The notes under the pieces: generated by a model | Databases searched by the model: none | Seen by the model: only the letters and a program-made list of their open reading frames with translations | Told to the model about the DNA's origin: nothing | Made by a program: the position numbers and the translations under genes | From: Cetorhinus maximus | Taxonomy: Eukaryota | Assembly (NCBI RefSeq): GCF_964194155.1 | Contig: NC_135906.1 | Coordinates: 16,740,001 to 16,804,000 of the forward strand | DNA: 64,000 bases | Direction: 5' to 3' | Part shown: piece after piece, positions 32,231 through 43,328 of the stretch | Layout of the letters: each line of letters starts with the position of its first letter | Position numbering within the stretch: position 1 is the stretch's first letter

Positions 32231-35200
32231 CCCCCCCCCCACAATATTTCCTCATCCCAATCTCCCCCCACCCCCCCCAATACACTTGTCCTTCCTCCCC
32301 CTCCCCCCCTTTAACCCATGGACACCCTTCATGTCACCCACTCCCTGTGGTTGTGAGCCCCACTCTCCGGCTGAAGAGGTTTCTCCTGAATTCCCGCTTG
32401 GATTTCCTGCTGACCCTTATGTTGACGGCCTCTAGCCCTGCTCTTCTCCGCAGGAGGAAACCTTCCCCCTGGAGCCGCTCAGTAGAATCTCCTCATTATA
32501 AAGACCGATATTCGGTGATCCCTCGGCCCCTTTCAGGAGAGGGAGAGACCCCCAGCCTGTCAGTCATTTCCTGATGTGTAAACCTGCACATCTCTGGAAT
32601 CATCCATGGAAATCTGCTCCGCGCCCTCTCCAGCCCTTTTTTTTTTAAATAAATATATGATGGCCAGAACTATTGCAGTACTCCCTAACTGTGCTCTAAC
32701 CAAGGTTTGAGACAGGCCCCATAATTTCCTTACTTTACAATTCTATCCCATCTAGATATTAAACCTAATGCTTGCTTTGCCTTTTCTGTCCTGAAGCCAG
32801 CTCGCAACCCATTCTGCCACTTGTCCCCGGACTTCACATTCTCTGACCTTATCCATTAGTCTATTATGAGGCACCTTATCGAAGGCCATTTGAAAATCTA
32901 GACAAATTACATGTACAGTATTAACATTGTCTACTCTCTCTATTATCTCCTCTAAAAATTTAACAAGGTTGATCAAGCAAGATTTACCCTTTTGAATTCC
33001 ATGCTGGCTATTCATTATTGTATTTCTCATTTCTAGGTGTTCTTCCATTCTCTCTCTTAGTAAGGATTTCATTATTTTTCCTAACCACTAGGTTAAGATG
33101 ATTGGTCTATAATTCACTGGACATGTTCTGTCCCACTTAAATATAAGAAATACACTTGCTGAAGGGTAGAGCTCTGCCTTTGTATAATGCTGGGGCAGAG
33201 TACTGGTGGGGCAGGTCTGTCACGCTATAACACTGGGATACCATGCTGGTGGATACAGGTCTGCCAATGTATAACAATGGGGTACAGTACTGGTGGGGAC
33301 AGGTCCATCACTGTATAACACTGGGGTACAATACTTGTGAGGACAGGTATGTCTCTGTACAACATTGGGGTAGAGTACTAGTGTGGGCAGGTCTATCACT
33401 GCAACACTTGGGTACAAATACTAGTGCGGATAGATCTGTCACTGTGCAACACTGGGGTAAAGTATAGGTGGTACAGGTCTGTCACTGTACAACACTGGGG
33501 TACAGTGCTGGTGGGGACAGGTCTGTCACTGGATAACACGGGTACAGTGCTGGTGGGGACAGGTCTGTCACTGGATAACACTGGGGTACAGTGCTGGTGG
33601 GGACAGGTCTGTCATTGGATAATGCTGGGGTAAGGTACTGGTGTGGACAGATCTGTCACTGTATAATGCTGAGCTACAGTACTGGCGAGGACAGGTCTTT
33701 GTTATTGTATAGCACTGGTGTACAGTTCTGGTGAGGACAGGTCTGCCACTGTATAACACTGGGGTAAAGTGTAGGTGGTGACTGGTCTGTCATTGTGTAG
33801 TGCTGCATGTATATATGAGAAAGGTTCTGTGTTGCTCATCTTTCAACCTTAATCTCTGAAACTTGTTCATTTAATTCCAGGTACAAACCACCCGCCAGTG
33901 ATAATAACCCAACCCTAGAGGATCCAACTCCTGATTATATGAACCTGCTTGGGATGATCTTCAGCATGTGTGGTCTGATGTTAAAGGTACTCCCATCCCA
34001 TCCTTTCCTTCTCTCTTCCTGAGTGGTGATTCTGAGTGCTCGCTCCCTGTTGAGCTTCACGGTAAAAGGAACCAGGCTATGAGCCTAATCCAGAGAACCA
34101 CACAGCAACCTGACAAACAGAACTCTAGGCAGATTTCTCCCACCTTAATTTGAGGGTTGTGGGGTCTATTGTCTTTAGTCTGACATTGCTGCTTCTTGGG
34201 GTCTGAAACGGGCGTAGGTTGGGGTTTGATACGGGTGTAGTTTGGGGTTGGGGTTTGATACGGGTGTAGTTTGGGGTTTGATATGGGGGTAGATTGGGGT
34301 TGGGGTTTGATACGGGTGTAGTTTGGGGTTGGGATTTGATACTGGGGTAGTTTGTGGTTGGGGTTTGATACGGGGGTAGTTTGTGGTTGGGGTTTGATAC
34401 GGGTGTAGTTTGGGGTTGGGGTTTGATATGGGTGTAGTTTGGGGTTGGGGTTTGATCCGGGTGTAGTTTGGGGTTGGGGTTTGATACGGGTGTAGCTTGG
34501 GGTCGGGGTTTGATACGGGTGTAGTTTGGGGTCGGGGTTTGATACGTCTGTAGTTTGGGTTCGGGGTTTGGTACGGGTGTAGTTTGGGGTCGGGGTTTGA
34601 TCCGGGTATAGTTTGGGGTTGGGGTTTGATCCGGGTGTAGTTTGGGGTTGGGGTTTGATCCGGGTGTAGTTTGGGGTTGGGGTTTGATCTGGGTGTAGTT
34701 GGGGTTTGATCCGGGTGTAGTTTGGGGTTGGGGTTTGATCCGGGTGTAGTTTGGGGTTGGGGTTTGATCCGGGTGTAGTTTGGGGTTGGGGTTTGATCCG
34801 GGTGTAGTTTGGGGTTGGGGTTTGATCCGGGTGTAGTTTGGGGTCGGGGTTTGATCCGGGTGTAGTTTGGGGTCGGGGTTTGATCCGGGTGTAGTTTGGG
34901 GTCGGGGTTTGATCCGGGTGTAGGTTGGGGTTGGGGTTTGATCCGGGTGTAGTTTGGGGTTGGGGTTTGATCCGGGTGTAGTTTGGGGTTGGGGTTTGAT
35001 CCGGGTGTAGTTTGGGGTTGGGGTTTGATCCGGGTGTAGTTTGGGGTTGGGGTTTGATCCGGGTGTAGTTTGGGGTTGGGGTTTGATCCGGGTGTAGTTT
35101 GGGGTTGGGGTTTGATCCGGGTGTAGTTTGGGGTTGGGGTTTGATCCGGGTGTAGTTTGGGGTTGGGGTTTGATCCGGGTGTAGTTTGGGGTTGGGGTTT

Positions 35201-36507
35201 GATCCGGGTGTAGTTTGGGGTTGGGGTTTGATCCGGGTGTAGTTTGGGGTTGGGGTTTGATCCGGGTGTAGTTTGGGGTTGGGGTAGGGGTTTGATACGG
35301 GTGTAGTTTGGGGTTGGATCCGGGTATAGTTTGGGGTTGGGCTTTGATCCGGGTGTAGTTTGGGGTTGGGGTTTGATATGGGATGTGTTTGCAGTGCCCA
35401 GGGATTGATGTCTCTCTCCCTCTCACTGTCTCTAGTTGAAGTGGTGTGCCTGGATTGCTGTCTACTGCTCCTTTATCAGTTTTGCAAACTCGCGCAGCTC
35501 AGAAGACACCAAACAAATGATGAGCAGCTTCATGTATGTGAAACCTTTTCCTTTTATTCTCATTCATTTCAGCTTCAAATGTCACAAACATTTCTCAGTC
35601 GATGATGCACTTTAAGAAACTGTTACAATGCAGGAAATGCCAGTCGGCCCTCACACAGAAAGCTCCCACAGAACAGCTGTCGGAGAAATCAAATAAATGA
35701 ACATTTTATCTATATCCACCAATGTCGATTGCAGGTAAAGTATTGGCCTCAGGACACCCCCTGCCCCTGCCCCTTACCATCCAACACCCCACGCCCCAGC
35801 TCTTCTAACCTTTAACCTGAGAGGACAGACACGGGTTTGGGATTGAACATCTCATCCACAAGTTGTTACCACCAACGGTGCAGCGCTCACTCAGCGCTGT
35901 CCCACCCCCCCCCCCCCCCCCCCCCCAGTGCTCCCTTAGTACTGACCCCCCCAGCGCTGTCTCAGTGCTGACCCTCCCCCCGGCGCTCCCTCAGCGTTGA
36001 CCCCCACCTCACCCCTCCCTCAGTACTGACCTCCCCTGCACACGGCGCTCACTCAGCGCTGTCCCACGCCCCCGCGGTCCCTCAGCGCTGACCCTCTCTC
36101 CCCCCCCACCCCCCCTGCTCCCTCAGCGCTGACCCCCACCCCACCCCCAGCACTCCCTCAGTACTGACCTCCCCTCCCCCCAGCGCTCCCTCAGTACTGA
36201 TCCCCCAGGTGAGCCCTCAGCACTGCCCTTCTGAAGCACATTGAGAAATAAGTTGTTGCTGGATTTGATGCAGGGCTGGAAGGGCCATGGTGAGGGTATT
36301 GGTGCCTTGGGGAGGGTAAGGAGGTGGTTTAGAGGGTTTTGTTGAGGGAGAATGTCAGGTGCAGGTGCTGGGAGACCATCTTTGTGATTTGTGACGTGTT
36401 ATTGCTGCGAGCCCTGACCTTTCACCTCTTTGTTTTTCAGGTTGTCAATTTCAGCAGTGGTGATGTCATACCTGCAGAACCCGCAACCCATGTCCCCGCC
36501 ATGGTAA
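32109..36507 (+). CDS. WDR83OS: PAT complex subunit Asterix (WDR83 opposite strand), 4 exons, 101 aa
   Basis: Exons 32109-32143, 33881-33986, 35436-35533, 36441-36507; GT-AG; 306 nt. Protein [101 protein letters not shown]. Confidence 0.98.
32300..33130 (-). mobile_element. Degraded CR1 fragments
   Basis: ORF 32752-33072: [27 protein letters not shown]. Confidence 0.8.
33180..33800. repeat. Minisatellite, ~44 bp unit (ggggtacagtgctggtggggacaggtctgtcactggataacact)
   Basis: Degenerate tandem copies in WDR83OS intron 1. Confidence 0.88.
34205..35385. repeat. Minisatellite, 29 bp unit (gggtgtagtttggggttggggtttgatcc), ~40 copies
   Basis: Highly homogeneous array in WDR83OS intron 2; explains the 433-aa ORF at 34125-35426. 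Confidence 0.96.
35875..36230. repeat. C-rich degenerate tandem repeat (gctccctcagtactgaccc), SINE-derived motif
   Basis: Same core as the 33-bp array at 40268; follows a degraded SINE-like stretch at ~35610-35880. Confidence 0.75.
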
Positions 36508-36725
36508 CGGGCCAGGCCCCTCCCTCACCCCGGTAACACCATGGTAACGGGCCAGGCCCCTCCCTCACCCCGGTAACACCATGGTAATGGGCCAGGCCCC
36601 TCCCTCACCCCGGTAACACCATGGTAACGGGCCAGGCCCCTCCCTCACCCCGGTAACACCATGGTAATGGGTCAGGCCCCTCTCTCACCCTGGTAACACC
36701 ATGGCAACGGGCCAGGCCCCTCCCA
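36499..36725. repeat. 40 bp tandem repeat (ccatggtaacgggccaggcccctccctcaccccggtaaca), ~5.5 copies, starting in the last codons of WDR83OS
   Basis: Period of 40 at 36501, 36541, 36581, 36621, 36661 and 36701. Confidence 0.95.
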
Positions 36726-36978
36726 GGAATGACTGGTACCGCGGCCACGCCCAACCATCACACTTGCATCTCTCCCTTCCTCCATCGGTAACCTGCCCTC
36801 TCCTCTACTTGGTTATGGCCACAGATGCCCCCCCCTCCCAAGTCGCCGTCTTGATAGCAGACTTGACCCACCTTCCCCCTCACTCCCAGGGCAGCAGACA
36901 TGATAAAACCCTTCTTCTTCCCTGGACATGGTTTGTGTTGTACAAAGATCAGGGGAGAAGCTGTGAGATTGTTGAACA

Positions 36979-37006
36979 AATAAACTTACTCAAACTTGGA
37001 AATAAA
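36979..37006 (+). terminator. Candidate WDR83OS poly(A) signals (AATAAA at 36979 and 37001)
   Basis: Two canonical hexamers ~480-500 nt after the stop. Confidence 0.65.
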
Positions 37007-37434
37007 ATCTAATTTAGCAGCTCTGATCAGCTTTACAATTACTTTTTAATTGTGACTTGAAGCACATTGAGGGGGGTGGCGGGGGGGGGGGGTCACAATG
37101 AGGGCTCAGACTCGGCCTGTCACTCTGAAATTTCACCGTGGCTGAAAACTGGCACCAATTCACTGAATCAGCTGAGCCTCAGGCTGCTCTGCTCCCTCCT
37201 GGGTAGCTTGTCGTACTGTGTCCCTTAACATTTCCGTTTCCTCCTGTTTTGCAAGAATTCTCATTCGGACTTGATTCAATGAGGAACTCGTTTTGTAAAC
37301 AAAAAAGGTACAAATGTGAATTAGCAGCAGGAGCTAGTTGTCAGATTCATTTTAGAATACTAATTCATCTAAACCAGGTTGTTCTGAGTCTATTTCCTAA
37401 AAGTACTTTGTCGTTTGATAGTACAGAACTGGGG

Positions 37435-38192
37435 TATTGCTGAAAAAAGAGACATGTCGAAGCTTTTCCTTTTGAACTCATCAGGACACATTGCAAGAAT
37501 ACCAATATAAGCGGAAATCAACAATTTATACTGTATGTGAAGAGAGTGCTGATTGGTTGGCAAGTGGCGTAGCCATTGAGAATGCACCACTGAAGGGGAC
37601 TGACAGCTAACTGGCAAGCATTGTTTGAGATTTAAACCAGGCAGCTTGACCCTGATGGGTCAAGGTATTACCCTGAGGAATGAGTCAGCGAATGGCTGTC
37701 CCTTATTTTGTTTAGCTGAAACAGGCACAATGTGTGTACATGCTCTTTCTGTCTGCAACAAACGGCCCTGTGTATTAATATATGTAGCTTCCAGTACACG
37801 CAAATGCACCACACTGCGCGACCAACTGATTGGTTGTCAGCGTAATTCTTAGCACACTGAGGGTTATTTAGCAAATGTTGTCCAATCACAGAATCACTTC
37901 TAATGTTGGACACTGTACTTTGAGCTTTGCAAACACGGGCTATGGTTTGTACCTTGCCTGTTGCAAACAGTGGCTGGGACATGCTGTTTGGTTTAAGTTT
38001 CAAACAATACTTGGCAGTTAACTGTCAGTCACCATCAGTGGAGCATTTTCCATGGCAATGCTACTTACCAACCAATCAGCACTCTCTTCACATACAGTAT
38101 AAATTGTTGTTTTCCCCCTTACATTGGTATTCTTGCAAGTGTCCTGATGAGTACAAGAAGAAAAACATTGTGTCTCTTTTTTTCAGCAATAG
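37435..38192 (-). mobile_element. Penelope-like retroelement relic: GIY-YIG C-terminal fragment between inverted ~180 bp terminal repeats bearing hammerhead motifs
   Basis: 37435-37620 is the reverse complement of ~38010-38192. The minus strand encodes SVIGQHLLNNPQCAKNY, VLEATYINTQG and QKEHVHTLCLF across frameshifts. GTGTC-CTGATGA-...-GAAA is present in both arms. Confidence 0.78.
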
Positions 38193-38929
38193 TAAAAGTA
38201 CTTTGGCTAATGAATAACATGTTTCACACTGTTTGATTCTCAATATGCAAAATGTTACATTGTTTAAGAAAGATCCTTATGTCTTGAGTTTTTTTTCTTT
38301 GCAATGGTCAAGTATTGCAACATCTTGCATTTTAAAGCTAGTTACAGTCTAACATCTCACTGAATAAAGACATGAAGAATAAAGCTCTTGTGAGCTTTTT
38401 TCAATGCTGCAAAAGAATTCTGTTATTCCTTATAATGCTGGAGATCAGAGGTAATCAACCTTCACACGTTCCTTCAGGTGCACAGGTTTAAACATATCAC
38501 TCTCTTTCGCAGTGACAAATTAATAAGTAACACACTGCACAATTTCCAGTTTTGACATATCTTCATTTACTTTCCCTGCAGTCACTTTTTCCAAGTCTTT
38601 CAGAGAACAAAAAAAAACGTGTGTATTAGGCTTTGCCTCGGTGCTGCTTTCCCTGGTCAGCTTGCTGAACAGCGCAGCTCCACCAGGCAGCCAGCAGCAG
38701 AGTTTATCCTCTTGGGGGAAGGGTGAGTGACGGCTCCCTCCAGTCTGCCCCCCGGCCTCGTGTTTGGCAGAGGGAGAGATTTTCCGGCTCTGACCACATT
38801 GGAGCAGTTGGCGGCCAAGGCTGGAAAAAAAAATTAAAAACAGCGAATTCCCGTAATTCAAAAGTTGTTGGAAATTTCCCATCCCTGCCAGTGCCCAGGG
38901 CAATATTCACCATTCAACCCTTAGTTCAC

Positions 38930-39555
38930 CAACCAGAGAGACTGTAATAAAAAAAAACAGATGGACTATAATAAAAAAAATCAGAGAGACTGTAATAAAA
39001 AAAATCAGAGAGATTGTAATAAAAAAACCCAGAGGGACTGTAATAAAAAAAATCAGAGAGATTGTAATAAAAAAACCCAGAGGGACTGTAATAAAAAAAA
39101 TCAGAGACTGTAATAAAAAACCCAGAGGGACTGTAATAAAAACCCAGAGGGACTGTAATAAAAAACCGAGAGACTAATAAAAACCCAGAGAGACTGTAAT
39201 AAAAACCCAGAGAGACTAATAAAAACCCAGAGAGACTAATAAAAACCCAGAGAGACTGTAATAAAAACCCAGAGGGACTAATAAAAACCCAGAGAGACTA
39301 ATAAAAACCCAGAGAGACTGTAATAAAAACCCAGAGGGACTAATAAAAACCCAGAGAGACTGTAATAAAAACCCAGAGAGACTAATAAAAACCCAGAGAG
39401 ACTGTAATAAAAACCCAGAGGGACGGTAATAAAAAACCCAGAGAGACTAATAAAAACCCAGAGAGACTAATAAAAAACCCAGAGAGACTGTAATAAAAAA
39501 CCCAGAGAGACTAATAAAAACCCAGAGAGACTAATAAAAACCCAGAGGGACTGTC
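38930..39555. repeat. Minisatellite, 20-25 bp unit (cccagagagactgtaataaaaa), 28 copies of AATAAA
   Basis: Counted directly between 38941 and 39540. Confidence 0.95.
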
Positions 39556-39899
39556 CACTTCATTCCTACAATTTGCTGCCATCAATCCTGAATTTCCAGT
39601 TTCCCCTGGATCTGGGGCTCTGAACTGGGGCAGAGATAGTGACCCCCCCCCCCCCCCAACCGAGTGGCCAATCCCAGCTGGACTCATAGGGTCAGTCATG
39701 GGAACGTGAGGAGGGGTCACAGGGGAAAGGTCACAGGGTACAGTCAGAGAGTAGAGATTATGGGGAAAGGGGACCTGGGAGGGTCAGAGGGGAGAGGTTA
39801 TAAGGAGGGGCCGTTTGGAAATGAATATTTGTTCCTGGTGGTTGTTTTCTCATTACTGAAAGATAAAGGTAGATGGGGGCAGAGTGAACCTACAGCAAG

Positions 39900-40270
39900 G
39901 GATAGAGGTCGGAGGGCATTTGTGAGCAGTGCGCACGCGCCGATCCCACAATGCGGCGCTCCGTTCCAAGATGGCGGCGCCCATGCGGAGGAGTTTCCGG
40001 TGGTTGAGGCCTTTCGGCGGGAGGAGGCCGCACGCAGCCTCGGGCCTCCCGCACCTGCTGGGCTCTAACCCCGCGGTGCTGGAGCGGGTGTCCCGGGATG
40101 TGGAGCTGCGCCAGGAGTTCATCAGCCCGGAGGAGGAGGCGGCGATTCTCCGGGAGCTGGAACCGCGGCTCCAGAGGCAGCGATACCAGCGGGAGCATTG
40201 GGACCAGGTCCGGCCGCAGCTTCAACCTCCACCCGGGGGCCGAGGAGCAGCTCCCGGGCCTGAAACCCCC
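39900..40270 (+). promoter_or_regulatory. CpG island / ALKBH7 promoter with NRF1-like TGCGCACGCGC (39930-39940) and YY1-like AAGATGGCGGC at the start codon
   Basis: CpG-dense stretch covering exon 1; motifs read directly. Confidence 0.75.
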
Positions 40271-43112
40271 TCAGTACTGACCCTTTGACAGTGCAGCACT
40301 CCCTCAGTACTGACCCTCTGACAATGCGGCACTCTCTCAGTACTGACCCTGACAGTGCAGCACTCCCTCAGTACAGGCCGTCTGACAGTGCCGCACTCCC
40401 TCAGTACTGACCCTCTGACAGTGCAGCGCTCCCTCAGTACTGACCCTCTGACAGTGCAGCACTCCCTCAGTACTGACCCTGTGACTGTGCAGCACTCCCT
40501 CAGTACTGACCCTCTGACAATGCAGCACTCCCTCAGTACTGACCCTCTGACAATGCAGCACTCCCTCAGTACTGACTCGGCAACAGTGCAGTGGAAGTTG
40601 AGATTGTGACTCAAGTATTCCTGGTGTTCCATCCTTTATCTTTAAGGAGAATGTCCGCTGTAGTGGTCTGATTTTTAATTGATTTTTCAATGTGTTTGAC
40701 ACAAGGTAATCCATGGATACCGTGAGATAGAAAAATCACATTGGACTGAGCAGAGTGAATCTATTGTGCAGCGGCTGCGGGATATTGCGTTTTCTCCGGG
40801 AGTCCCCCAGCTCTCAATGGTACATGTGCTGGACCTTGAGAAAACTGGTTTCATCAATCCCCATGTGGACAGTGTGAAGGTAAATATCAGAAGCACATGA
40901 TAATGTTGATACCACACCAAATGCAATGGCAGGGTTGTTATTTGTTCGATTCCTTTTGCTGCACATCTCTCCCTTTCAAGTATTTATCCAATTTCCTTTT
41001 GAAAGCTTTCCTTTTATGCACTTGCACTGTCCTTGCAGTTAATTCCAGATCATCAGAACTCATTGCCTAACATTAATTTCCTCATGTCGCTTCCAGTTCT
41101 TTTTCCAATCACTTTAAGTCTATTTCCTCTGGCTAGCGATCCCCCCTCAACCCTGCTAGAAAGAGTTTCTCCTTATACCGTCTCTCCTAAGGTACACCTC
41201 TTCACACTTATCCATATTAATTAGAATCTGCCATGTGTCTGCCAATCTCACCAGTCTGTCTGTGAACTCCTGAGGTTTGCTACAATGCTCTTCACTACTT
41301 ACTATGTGGCCAAGTTTCCTATCACTGGTAAACTTTGAAAGTGTACACCCTGTACCTAAGTCCAGGTCACTTGTATATAACCAGAAAAATAACCACCCGA
41401 ACACTGACCCCTGGAGGAACCCACTGCAGGCTTCTATCCAGTCAGAAAAACACATGTTCACCTCTACAGTCTGCCCCCCATCCTTCGATTATTCACCAAA
41501 ATTACCACTGTCCCTTTAATCTTCTATTTCCTGACTAAGTCTGTTGTTTGCAACCCTGACCAATTCCTGCAGCTATGTCCTGGGCCTGCGATAATTGACT
41601 TCCAACAAACACAACCACAATCTTCCTTTGTGCTAGGTAGGGGTCCAGCCAGTGGCGAATTTTCCTCTTGATTCCCATTGACTTCAATTTTTACAAATTA
41701 CAATTAAATTTTGCAATTCTTCTGTCCTAATCAGCTCACCATTTCTTGAACTATCTTTATACTTTTATACAAGTGCTTTGTGTTCCCTTTTATGTTTCTG
41801 TCCTCATACTCACTCTCTTTGCCAATCTTCAGTTTCCCTACGCACTCTATATTTTGCCTGGTTTTCAGTTGTATTCTGTACCTGACATACACCTCGTTTT
41901 ACTATTTTATGTTAACCTCGATCTTCTTTCTCATCCAGGGGGAGTCTCTGGCTTTCAATGTCCCATCTTTGCTCCTTATGGGAATATGTTTGGTTTGCAC
42001 CCAAACTATCTCCACCCCAAAGGCCTGTCATTGCACTTAATCTTGCTTTTGTAATCTATTTTTCTATTAACAAGGCATGTGTAATCCTTCACTTTATTAC
42101 CGTAAGAGCCTTTTCAACTCATCCTACCCTCTTTAAAGATTTGTGTATATACACCACCACACCCTCACCCCTCCTCCCAACCAGGTGTCTCTATTCCTGC
42201 AATCCCTTTATAATTGTTCCAACTACTTTATATTGACTCTGCTCATTCTTCGGACCAAAATGTATCTGTTCTGTGAGTGTCCCTGTTGAAGATTCCTCAG
42301 TTTTCACAAGAATTGTTGCAAAAGTGAAGTTTTTAGATAGCTGACTAAAAGGGTCCCAAAGGCACAGACTGCCTCAGCGTCTGCAGTGGTGAGGAACTGT
42401 GTCTGTCTATGGCGTGGGGTTAATGGGGAAAGTGGGAACAGGAGACTGTTTGTCTGCGGTATGAGGATTGTTATTTATACCCTTTCCTCTCTCTGTCTCA
42501 TAGTTCTGCGGGGATACCATTGCCGGGCTCTGCCTGTTATCGGGGAGTGTGATGCGTTTATTGAGTGAAGACAATGATGTGGATCGAGTAGATTTACTGC
42601 TGGAGAGACGGTCTGTCTACATCCTGAGGTGAGACTGCAGTGTGTGTGTCTGGGATCAGAAGGTCTCTGTGTGAGGCTGCTGCCCAGAGTGGGCATTGAT
42701 GCACCCAACATCCAGTTCTCACCACTTTGATTCAGTCAATGGATTTTCTTCTTGTGAACCCTCTCCCTGCTCCAGAGTAACTAATATAATGGTAATCGCA
42801 TGGCTAAAGCTTGCCTCAATGTCCTGGGCAGAGAAAGGCATTCTAACAGTCAGACCTGTGTGTGTGTGTGAATATTGGCTGTAACAGTCAGACCTGTGTG
42901 TGCGTGAGAGAAAATTGGCTGTAACAGTCATTGATCTGTCTTCCATCACCAGCACCTTGTTATGTTTCAGGGGGGTCGCCCGTTACCGATTCAGCCACCA
43001 GATCCTGCGAGACGAAGAGTCGTTTTTTGGGGAACAGAAGGTGCCTCGTGGACGGAGAGTTTCCATAATTTGCAGGAGCTTGCCGCTCGGGCCAGTGTCA
43101 AACACAGGCTGA
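39971..43112 (+). CDS. ALKBH7: Alpha-ketoglutarate-dependent dioxygenase AlkB homolog 7, mitochondrial, 4 exons, 225 aa
   Basis: Exons 39971-40207, 40706-40879, 42504-42628, 42971-43112; GT-AG; 678 nt. Arg-rich N-terminal presequence, [35 protein letters not shown] (HxD), [10 protein letters not shown] (distal His), [11 protein letters not shown]. Confidence 0.97.
40268..40580. repeat. Minisatellite, 33 bp unit (ccctcagtactgaccctctgacagtgcagcact), ~9 copies
   Basis: Period of 33 measured from 40268 to 40301; lies in ALKBH7 intron 1. Confidence 0.93.
40960..42270 (-). mobile_element. Patchwork of degraded CR1-like fragments
   Basis: ORF 41156-41461 retains degraded GxxQGSV and KFxxDxKL motifs; boundaries approximate. 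Confidence 0.6.
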
Positions 43113-43322
43113 GGCAGAATAGATCCATGGTCATCTGCACTGATCCAATATTCTACATAAATGAAGCAAACACCAAGGGTTGTGCATCTTGACCTTCCCT
43201 TGGCCTCTCTCTCTTTGTCTGTCCTTCCCCCCTCTCCTTCAATTACACACTGGAATCAGGACTTTGTGATATTACAATTTTTATTTAGATAAATTCAAGC
43301 ACTGTGACAGCAGAACCTTTAG

Positions 43323-43328
43323 AATAAA
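43323..43328 (+). terminator. Candidate ALKBH7 poly(A) signal AATAAA
   Basis: aataaataaataa ~210 nt after the stop. Confidence 0.7.

Noticed and set aside
34205-35385. TTGGGG telomere-like motif
   Set aside because: It is embedded in a 29-bp unit and is not a vertebrate TTAGGG array.
38640-38730. Orphan strong splice donor (gaagg|gtgagt at ~38722)
   Set aside because: No convincing acceptor, ORF or recognisable protein accompanies it.
40700-40712. ALKBH7 exon 2 boundary acaag|gtaatc looks like a donor
   Set aside because: Frame and homology (HWDQ|VIHGYRE) show it is an AAG acceptor.
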